Origin: Candidatus Thorarchaeota archaeon
Lineage (GTDB): Archaea > Asgardarchaeota > Thorarchaeia > Thorarchaeales > Thorarchaeaceae
Assembly: GCA_048884785.1 (NCBI GenBank)
Contig: JBHLQM010000010.1
Coordinates: 1-64,000, forward strand
DNA length: 64,000 nt
Reading direction: 5' to 3'
Part shown: one piece after another, positions 56,448 through 64,000 of the stretch
How positions within the stretch are numbered: the stretch's first letter is position 1
How the letters are laid out: each line of letters begins with the position of its first letter
Made by a program: the position numbers and the translations under genes
The notes under the pieces: generated by a model
Database searches by the model: none
What the model saw: the letters and a program-made list of their open reading frames with translations, nothing else
Told to the model about the DNA's origin: nothing

Positions 56448-56906
56448 TTAGAATTCTTCGTCTATAAAATCTGACAGCATCTCATCCAATCGCTTCCTTG
56501 CCTTTTCCTGATGTTTTGGATCTGCTGTTGCTCTTAATTCGTCAATGTTCAATATGCTGATTTTCAGATCTGGCGATTCACTAGTCGCAATCTCAACCGT
56601 TTTTAGTATCTCTGAAGGGCTCTCCTTGAGAATATCAGCAAGTTCCTTCTGTAATTCATGGTGCCATGTTCCAATACTGACTGGACCAGTCGCCTCTTCA
56701 AACCAATCCCAAAGATCAAACATTGCATTTCCAAGTGGAGTGTCGCCATGGCCTATAGTGGAGAGTGCCCTACTCACATTGTTGACAATTGAGCGATATA
56801 TATCTCCGTTCCACTCGCCCTTCGTCCAACCTTGAACCAAATCATAGAAGGTCTCGACCAAAGGTAACACCACGCTTTGCCTTGGTTGATTAGTAGGAAT
56901 TTGCAA
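56448..56906 (-). CDS. Hypothetical protein
   Basis: 152-aa acidic helical ORF. Confidence 0.6.
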   Translation of the reverse strand: MQIPTNQPRQSVVLPLVETFYDLVQGWTKGEWNGDIYRSIVNNVSRALSTIGHGDTPLGNAMFDLWDWFEEATGPVSIGTWHHELQKELADILKESPSEILKTVEIATSESPDLKISILNIDELRATADPKHQEKARKRLDEMLSDFIDEEF

Positions 56907-56963
56907 AAAAGTATATGCATCAAAAAAGAAGAGAGAGGCTGAATAATCTCAGCCCCTGCTAGT

Positions 56964-58025
56964 TCAACCATATTTGATTCGCGGATCCAAGACCCCATAC
57001 AGTAGGTCTGCAACGAAATTTGCCAAAACTGCTGTAATGGCAATTATCATGAAGATTGCCTGAACAACTGGATAGTCAGATATCATCAGGCTTTCAAAAA
57101 TAAGTCGACCAAGTCCATACCAATTAAACACGGTTTCAACGAGAGTTGAGCCATTGATAAGAAAGCCAAAAGTCAATGCAATAACTGTCACCATTGGTAG
57201 GATGGCATTCTTTAACCCATGTTTGTAGAGCACTTGTTGTTCATCCAGTCCTTTGGCACGTGCAGTTAGAATGTAGTCCTCAGTCATAACATCAATGAGA
57301 TTGTTGCGCATGTACATGAAATAGCCGCCATAACTGCCTACTCCGAGAGCCATCATTGGGAGGAAAAGGTGATGGATAATATTTCCTGCAACTATTAGAG
57401 CACCAAACGGACTGTCCTTTGCTGCAACCCAGACCTGATAATCAAGAGTGCCACCCATAGGGAAGCTGATTAGACCACTTGTAGCAGAAGGAAGATAGAC
57501 TGAGAAGATCATCAGCAGAACCATACCTAGCCAGAAGATTGGTAACGCATAGAGAAACAGCGATATGGTGACAGCACTCACATCCTTTCTGGAACCTGGC
57601 TCAGAAGCCACTCTTACACCAGTCCAAACTCCGAGGAGAATTGCCACAATTGAAGAGGTCCCCATCAAGAGGAGTGTGTTGGGTAATCTGGCCATAATCT
57701 CATCCATGACTGGCTTCTGGCTGACAAAGGATACACCAAAGTTGCCTGTAAACATATTCACAATGTATCGCCAGAACATGTAGATCCAGTCAAAAATATC
57801 TGGATCAGGCACGAGGCCAAATCTCAAATAGAGCTGCTCTATTGCGTCACGTGTTAGACTTCGACGCAGCTCTTCACTAATCATCAAATCTACTGGACTC
57901 ACGCCTAGGATAATGGTTGGAAGTCTGAAGAGAAAGAAATTGAAGCATACTACAGCTATAATCAGTACGAACATGTAGATGCTTCTTCTGATAACATATT
58001 CACGAAGCCCGATTGTTATCACCAA
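56964..58025 (-). CDS. Peptide/oligopeptide ABC transporter permease (DppB/OppB-like)
   Basis: GNFGVSF, RLPNTL, DYILTARAKGL, HGLKNA, VETVFNWYGLG, DYPVVQ, LDPRI. Confidence 0.93.
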   Translation of the reverse strand: MVITIGLREYVIRRSIYMFVLIIAVVCFNFFLFRLPTIILGVSPVDLMISEELRRSLTRDAIEQLYLRFGLVPDPDIFDWIYMFWRYIVNMFTGNFGVSFVSQKPVMDEIMARLPNTLLLMGTSSIVAILLGVWTGVRVASEPGSRKDVSAVTISLFLYALPIFWLGMVLLMIFSVYLPSATSGLISFPMGGTLDYQVWVAAKDSPFGALIVAGNIIHHLFLPMMALGVGSYGGYFMYMRNNLIDVMTEDYILTARAKGLDEQQVLYKHGLKNAILPMVTVIALTFGFLINGSTLVETVFNWYGLGRLIFESLMISDYPVVQAIFMIIAITAVLANFVADLLYGVLDPRIKYG

Positions 58026-58194
58026 GAAAAAAGATAGGCTTTCAAGGACTATTAAGGCAGGAGTTCAATGAAGAGCAAATCGATTTTCAGATTCAATTTG
58101 CCTAGAAGATGTGCCAATCGATAACCTTTTGAGAAACAGCTTTGGGCGACGCTTCTTCTAAATCAAGCTTTTGCACACAACTATCATCCAGTGG

Positions 58195-58455
58195 TCAATC
58201 ATTCATTATCCTCACAGACCTAAAATGAATGATGCATGAGCAATTACTGCATGCGAAATGGTGTGGACCATACCATTCCAGATATCCATTGAAGTCCACG
58301 AGGTTGCCGCATTTTGGACAAGAAACCATATCGTATTTTGATAGTTCAGATAGTTTCTTTGTAATCGATATGAATTGGACTTCTGGGAACTTCGCATTCT
58401 CGTAATCTAGACTTGATTGAAGCAACCGTGGCGTCGGCTCTTTTTCGCGTTTCAT
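58195..58455 (-). CDS. Small Zn-ribbon protein (paralog B)
   Basis: CPKCG..VDFN..LEWYGP.HF.CSNC...HFR. Confidence 0.7.
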   Translation of the reverse strand: MKREKEPTPRLLQSSLDYENAKFPEVQFISITKKLSELSKYDMVSCPKCGNLVDFNGYLEWYGPHHFACSNCSCIIHFRSVRIMND

Positions 58456-58985
58456 TAAACTTACCTCTTGAACATCAAGTATGATGCATATTGAAGTCTA
58501 TAAGAGCTAGCAATACCTCTGAGAAAGCGTGAACCACACAAGAAGACGGGGGTGCTTCCTCCTTCTTGGCCACCAACACTGTTTATATCGCTGGCTTCAC
58601 AGTGTCTTCTTCATTTAGAGGTTGAACCTAGATTACGAGTAGAGGGGTATTTTGACGAAACCCTTGTTTATTCCGAAATGGTGGATTTTCGTGCTCTTAA
58701 CAATGGAAGCATCCAAGTACTCGTAGTCTTCTCAAGTTCTATTGTCCCGATCATCTATTTCACAGGCGTCCTCCTCATGCGGTAGATCTTGGTCTTGCGC
58801 ATCAGATAAGAAAACATAGCCTGTCGCAAACACACCAAGAAGCAGGATACCATGTGCAAGAGATGCATGGCGGCGTTTCATCATTGGAATTCGACTTAGG
58901 TTACATTCTGTAACTCTTAAGAGTTTGCGAAAATAATGTCGGGTAATATATATTATAGAAAACCTACAATCAAGCAGGTAATCTC

Positions 58986-59321
58986 ATGCGAATAGATATC
59001 AATCAAGACCATGAGTACTTTCGACAGCCAAAGCTCAATAGAATCCGAGTAATCGTCAAGGACTTCACTGACGCATTGAGAATTGGTGTACCTACATCAA
59101 GCCTGATCACTATGCATGCTGAGTTGATGTTTGCTCTTGACTCGCTTTGGTTGAATGCCATCGAAGGCTCAATTCATGTCAAGTCTATAGCATTGCTAAG
59201 GGCGCTTCGTCGTGTGATTTGTCCTGACGTTGGCGACCTCTTGATGCAACCTGTGCGTGATAATAGAAGGATTGAGAGAGACGTATTTCTTATAGTAAAC
59301 ACAATTGAACAATTAATCTGA
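58986..59321 (+). CDS. Hypothetical protein
   Basis: 111-aa ORF with GCAGGT RBS-like sequence. Confidence 0.55.
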   Translation: MRIDINQDHEYFRQPKLNRIRVIVKDFTDALRIGVPTSSLITMHAELMFALDSLWLNAIEGSIHVKSIALLRALRRVICPDVGDLLMQPVRDNRRIERDVFLIVNTIEQLI

Positions 59322-59375
59322 TTTGCTGATTGAAGATAAAACTGATATCAGACACCGTATGCACTATGGATTGTT

Positions 59376-60131
59376 ATGAAAGTCACATTGCTTGGAACAG
59401 GCACATCAGTTCCGGATCCAGAACGAGTACAATCAGGGATTATGATTGAATGCCGTGGACAACTTACACTGTTCGATATTGGTTCAGGAGTGCTCCACAG
59501 ACTTATGCAGGCTGGCATTGATTTTAGATCTATTAATGGTATCTTCATCAGTCACTTTCACATAGACCATTGTTCGGATTTCATCACTCTGATTCAAACA
59601 CTCTGGCTAGAGGGATATGAAAGCAAGCTACCTGTCTATGGACCGCCTCCGCTGACGGATTTTATTAGGGGTCTTTTCGAAGTTGCGCTCCCTTTCTACA
59701 GAGACAAAGTGATTCTAGACCCGATTATATTGAAAGAGCGTGATGCAGTACACTGCGGTGATTTGAGTGTATCATCCTGTTCAACGCTCCACAGCAAGCA
59801 CGATACAAGAGCCTTTAGAGTTGAGCACAAGAAGAGGTCAATGGTCTATTCTTCCGACACTGCTTTTTGTAGAGATGTTGTGGACCTTGCAAAGGACACC
59901 GATCTTCTCATACATGAATGCAATTGGCTTGATGGCCCACATCCTGAAGGCGTTCATTCAGCACCGAGTGATGTGATGCGAGTTGCTGAGGAGTCGAATC
60001 CAAAGAAAGTTGTAGTTACGCACATGATGCCTGAGGTTGCAAGAGAGAAAGGAAAGGTCCTCTCTACGGTCAGAAGAAGGACAGAAGCCGACGTCTCACT
60101 CGGTAGAGACCTTCTCGAGATCAATCTTTGA
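59376..60131 (+). CDS. Metallo-beta-lactamase fold hydrolase, RNase Z/AtsA-like
   Basis: LLGTG, FDIGSG, SHFHIDH, YSSDT, LLIHEC, HSAP, VTH. Confidence 0.85.
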   Translation: MKVTLLGTGTSVPDPERVQSGIMIECRGQLTLFDIGSGVLHRLMQAGIDFRSINGIFISHFHIDHCSDFITLIQTLWLEGYESKLPVYGPPPLTDFIRGLFEVALPFYRDKVILDPIILKERDAVHCGDLSVSSCSTLHSKHDTRAFRVEHKKRSMVYSSDTAFCRDVVDLAKDTDLLIHECNWLDGPHPEGVHSAPSDVMRVAEESNPKKVVVTHMMPEVAREKGKVLSTVRRRTEADVSLGRDLLEINL

Positions 60132-60132
60132 T

Positions 60133-60612
60133 TCATAGTCCCAATTCAGAACTCTTCCGCTTCCGGACAAGATCATCAGATGGGGAATACATCTTTATGA
60201 TATTCTTGGAGCCAAATGCAGCCATCAATACAAAGAGCGGCGCAGTCGTGGTAAGGCTGTCCAATTCCGGCAGAATGAGGGGAACTCCAAATTGAATGAT
60301 GTAAAATACGTTAATAGCCAGCACTGCAAACCAAGCAGTAGCATGTATTGCGTTGAAGACCGACGCTTTTCTTGCAAATCCATATGAATAGTAGTCCAGG
60401 ATAAACCGAGTGTCTCTAAAGATAAGAACAAGAAATGCCAGCGTTGTAATGAGGAGAAATTCAATGCCAAGCAGGTAGTATGCCGCATATGTGATAAAGA
60501 TCCCAACTGCAAATTCAACATAGGTTCTCATCGGATTAAATGGGCGGCGATGGTCATCAGCTGCTTCTTGCTTTTGAGGTTCAGGAGGTCTCGAATGTGT
60601 GTCTTCACTCAT
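60133..60612 (-). CDS. Membrane protein (~4 TM)
   Basis: Hydrophobic segments throughout. Confidence 0.65.
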   Translation of the reverse strand: MSEDTHSRPPEPQKQEAADDHRRPFNPMRTYVEFAVGIFITYAAYYLLGIEFLLITTLAFLVLIFRDTRFILDYYSYGFARKASVFNAIHATAWFAVLAINVFYIIQFGVPLILPELDSLTTTAPLFVLMAAFGSKNIIKMYSPSDDLVRKRKSSELGL

Positions 60613-60768
60613 ATGGATTCACACACAATTGAGACTTTTTTCCCTTTTAACTCAGGAGCTAGCAGCAAATAACGAGTAGAAAGTGACTTTTCTATATCAT
60701 GTGAATCTTTAAAACCAATGAAGCATCACGTACTAACAGAACTCGACTTACGTACGGGTGTATTTAGC

Positions 60769-61650
60769 ATGGCTGATGCGATCGAATGGACTAACGCTGG
60801 ACCAGACACAATCGTCTGGCGTTATCCAGATAACCGAATTAGTTGGGGTTCCCAGCTTATAGTAATGGAGAACCAAGCTGCAATCTTTTACAGAGATGGA
60901 AAAGCCCTAGACACGTTTCTAGCAGGCCGACATAAATTGACGACTAGCAGCATGCCTGGTCTTGTTGGATGGCTTCAGAAGGCAGTCAAAGGTGACGTTT
61001 TTGAGGCGACATGTATCTTCTTGTCCAGAGGACAATTCCAAGGCAAATTTGGTGGAAGGGGTCAGACAAGCGATCTGGCACCATTGATGTTTCATGGTAA
61101 CTTTTGGTTCCGAATCAAGGAACCCAAGATTTTCACCAATGAAGTAGTTGGCAATCAGAATGCCTTTGATACGAGGAAGATCAACGACTTCCTGCGGTCG
61201 TTCATGAACGAACGGATCATCGATGAGTTCGCTCATTATGATATGCAGGCGGTCTTTACTCAACTTGATGAAACCTCGTTGAAGGTCAAGACCCAGGTGC
61301 GCATGAATTTTGAGCGTATAGGACTCGAACTAGTTGACCTGAAGTTTGAGGGCATCGATACCACCGAGAAATATCGTGAGAGACTCTTCTGGCTAAGAAC
61401 TGGTGGAGTCGGTGGTCAGCAGCTCGCTGGCATGGAAACCATGAAGGACGCAGCCGAGTCACTCGGCAAGAGCCCCGGTGCTGGTTTTGGCGCTGGTATG
61501 GGATTCATGGGCGCGATGGCTGGAGCGACACAGGGCGGTGGCGGTGGAGGACCTACACCAACTCCTGCTGGCGCCAAGTTTTGCAGCAATTGTGGTACGG
61601 CTCTTAGTGGCGCTAAATTCTGTCCGAATTGCGGCTCTAAAGTAGGATAA
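60769..61650 (+). CDS. SPFH/band-7-like (YdjI-type) protein with C-terminal double Zn ribbon
   Basis: IVWRYP, GSQLIVMENQAAIFYRDGK, GAGMGFMG linker, FCSNCG...FCPNCG. Confidence 0.85.
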   Translation: MADAIEWTNAGPDTIVWRYPDNRISWGSQLIVMENQAAIFYRDGKALDTFLAGRHKLTTSSMPGLVGWLQKAVKGDVFEATCIFLSRGQFQGKFGGRGQTSDLAPLMFHGNFWFRIKEPKIFTNEVVGNQNAFDTRKINDFLRSFMNERIIDEFAHYDMQAVFTQLDETSLKVKTQVRMNFERIGLELVDLKFEGIDTTEKYRERLFWLRTGGVGGQQLAGMETMKDAAESLGKSPGAGFGAGMGFMGAMAGATQGGGGGGPTPTPAGAKFCSNCGTALSGAKFCPNCGSKVG

Positions 61651-61661
61651 TGGAAACCTGA

Positions 61662-61697
61662 GTGGACGGGTCACTCCGTCCACGCTGTTGTTTTTTC
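61662..61697 (+). terminator. Intrinsic terminator-like hairpin
   Basis: GTGGACGG-6nt-CCGTCCAC followed by a T tract. Confidence 0.65.
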
Positions 61698-61735
61698 TTG
61701 ATTCTCGTAATGGTTATAGCAGGAGAGAGTCTATT

Positions 61736-62035
61736 CTAATCCTTTTTGGGGGTAGTGAAAGCAAGGTAGATCTTCTGATCAGTCTCATCAGTTATGGACC
61801 TGTAGTTGATATCACCTATTTCTGCCATCTTGATTTTTAGTTCATCAATTGCAGCATCATTTTCAGGCCGAAGCCGTAGATATTCCTTCAAGAAATCAAG
61901 CTGGATGGCATCATCAGTATCCCTGATTTTGTCAATAATCTCCCTGAATCTTTGCATTGATTCCATATCTAGAGTCACATTCTTCTCATGAATGATAGGC
62001 ACCTTTTTCGTATATTTCTTCCAATCCACTGACAT
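61736..62035 (-). CDS. Hypothetical protein
   Basis: 99 aa with strong AGGAGG RBS. Confidence 0.65.
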   Translation of the reverse strand: MSVDWKKYTKKVPIIHEKNVTLDMESMQRFREIIDKIRDTDDAIQLDFLKEYLRLRPENDAAIDELKIKMAEIGDINYRSITDETDQKIYLAFTTPKKD

Positions 62036-62146
62036 ATCCTCCTAATCACAAACATCGTGAATTATCGTATAGCAATATCTTAGCAACCCTTTGACTTAAG
62101 TTTTGACATGCATTGGTGAGCCTAGTCAATTATCATATAGATTCAA

Positions 62147-63964
62147 ATGGATGTTGCCAACCTCTCTCTAACGGAGCTGAATTCAGACTTGAACAAGTCC
62201 GTGCTTGGGGATAGTAACAAATCGACTGGGAGTTACTATACACCTCAAGTAGTGGCGGATTTTATTGTAAGGAAATCAGCTATCCAATGGCTGAAAAGAA
62301 AATGTGGACTGGATTCCGAAACAGGCCTCACGAATTCTCAGAAGCTTGCCGTTCTCCTCAATCTCAAAAATGTTAGAATACTAGACCCTTCTGTAGGTGA
62401 CGGCGCCTTTCTAATTGCAATAGCTGAATGGTTGTTCGAAACAAGAATCAGATTTGGTGATAATACTCCACATTGGAAAATCAAGGAAGAAATAGTCCGT
62501 AGCAACCTCTATGGTGTTGACATACAGAGCAAAGCACTGAATGAATGTAGAAGGCGACTTGCCAAATGGACATCACACAATGTATCATCCCAAGGCGATG
62601 CGCCCAATATTAAACGCGGTAACAGCCTTATTGGAGAAATAAGATTTGAAGGACAGGGGGCTGTTGAAGAGTATTCCCATTCAAGGAAATTAAAACCATT
62701 TCATTGGGAAATCGAATTTCCTGAAGTCCTTCTAGATAATGGTGGGTTTGATATCATTATAGGCAATCCTCCATATGGAAACCTGGTAACTCAGGATGAG
62801 AAGGCCATTATTTCTCAGACATATCCGAATGACATAATGAATGGCCGTAGAGGAACATGGAATATTGCGCCACTGTTCATAGTAAGAAGCAATCAGCTTC
62901 TAAATGAAACAGGAGAACTCGCACTTCTTGTTCCAAATAGCATTCTCAGAGTTGGGCAATTCTCAAAAACACGCGAATTCCTTAGGGATAAGCTGAATGT
63001 ATGGTGCATTGCAGATGAGGGCAATCCATTCAGTGATGTTACTCTAGAGATGGTATCCATATTCTGTAATCAGGAAATCCCAAAATCCAGGCACCGCATT
63101 GAGATCATTTCCAAGAGACCCGAGCTTGGCGAGAGTCATAGTATACCACGCAAAGCATTGTCTTCAAATCGAATTTTCCCTTTATACTATGACTCTATTT
63201 TCGAAGAACTCCTGAAGAAGGGAGAAAGGGGTACAATATCGGCCTCAAGAGGTCGAGATATTCCTTCAGCACATGTAAGGAATAGAGAGAAAGGAGAGTT
63301 CAATATCCCATATATCACAAAGGGCAGAAGTATAACGCGCTATCTGATAAGTGAGCCGCATTTGAGATACGCTGACGACTGGTTTCTGTCAGATTCCGGA
63401 TTAAGACAATCTTATGAGAACACATTGCTTGTCGCTACCAAGAATTACCCGTTTCCCAGATGTGTTCTGAAGCCAAGAGGAATCATTCATGGTGGAGGTA
63501 TCGTTAACATCCAACCACACAGGGAAGGCACTGACCTGGCATTCCTTGGATTAGTTCTGAATTCTAGGCTTGTGCGGTATACATGTATCCGATATTTGAC
63601 GAACTACGCTAGATTAACTACATGTATGAACACAGGGATCATGGAGGAAATCCCAATATTATATCCTGATGATCCAGGCGTATATTCCGATTTATTCCAT
63701 GCACTTCAACAAGGTTACTCGGAAAGACTGGAGTATGGCAAACTAATGGCCATTGAACGGATTGCTGATGCTTTAGTGTATTCAATATATTTCAATTTGA
63801 ACGACTCTTCTTTCAGCATTCAAGACCTTGCCTCCACAACTGATATGCATGATCAGGGTAGATGGTCAGAACTATCAAATGAATCCGAAATGAATAAACT
63901 CGTAAACCAAATTCTAGACCACCCTATCGTCAAGAGTATCGAGTCTTCTCCAAGAATGAACTGA
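62147..63964 (+). CDS. N6-adenine DNA methyltransferase (TaqI/Eco57I-like, with C-terminal target recognition domain)
   Basis: GSYYTP, ILDPSVGDGAFL, LYGVDI, FHWEIEFPEV, FDIIIGNPPY, VLNSRL. Confidence 0.9.
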   Translation: MDVANLSLTELNSDLNKSVLGDSNKSTGSYYTPQVVADFIVRKSAIQWLKRKCGLDSETGLTNSQKLAVLLNLKNVRILDPSVGDGAFLIAIAEWLFETRIRFGDNTPHWKIKEEIVRSNLYGVDIQSKALNECRRRLAKWTSHNVSSQGDAPNIKRGNSLIGEIRFEGQGAVEEYSHSRKLKPFHWEIEFPEVLLDNGGFDIIIGNPPYGNLVTQDEKAIISQTYPNDIMNGRRGTWNIAPLFIVRSNQLLNETGELALLVPNSILRVGQFSKTREFLRDKLNVWCIADEGNPFSDVTLEMVSIFCNQEIPKSRHRIEIISKRPELGESHSIPRKALSSNRIFPLYYDSIFEELLKKGERGTISASRGRDIPSAHVRNREKGEFNIPYITKGRSITRYLISEPHLRYADDWFLSDSGLRQSYENTLLVATKNYPFPRCVLKPRGIIHGGGIVNIQPHREGTDLAFLGLVLNSRLVRYTCIRYLTNYARLTTCMNTGIMEEIPILYPDDPGVYSDLFHALQQGYSERLEYGKLMAIERIADALVYSIYFNLNDSSFSIQDLASTTDMHDQGRWSELSNESEMNKLVNQILDHPIVKSIESSPRMN

Positions 63965-64000
63965 TTCTTCTCAAACGCTGAGGCTTAAATAGAGTGAGTT

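Overview
Archaeal chromosomal DNA, most likely from an Asgard archaeon of the Thorarchaeia type. This is an inference from archaeal-type MAT, TrpRS and RadA, GGAGG/GGTGA ribosome-binding sites, and expanded NosD-like, LRR and Ig-repeat surface proteins. I found no rRNA, tRNA, CRISPR array, integrase or transposase. The main feature is a ~16-kb, 16-gene, translationally coupled minus-strand operon (31391->15425). It encodes a eukaryote-like homologous-recombination toolkit: a divergent full-length RadA/Rad51, two core-only Rad51/RadB-like paralogs (one with a dead Walker A), an XPD/Rad3-type FeS helicase, a Hel308/HELQ-type helicase with an inserted SWIM finger, and a FEN1/XPG nuclease with a PIP box. 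The same operon encodes a membrane-anchored HerA/VirB4-like pseudo-ATPase and four other membrane proteins, and a tandem 19-bp operator-like repeat lies in its promoter. It is a candidate membrane-coupled DNA uptake/exchange and recombination system. Other highlights are a probable CINP/C1orf109-like eukaryotic-signature protein next to a degenerate Ski2-like helicase, a 2603-aa prenyltransferase-repeat/Ig-repeat surface protein preceded by a long GC-rich stem-loop, a divergent Nre-like protein, an HTH-CBS regulator divergent from mat, and paralogous Zn-ribbon genes sharing a promoter motif. All family calls come from motif recognition by eye; no database searches were run.
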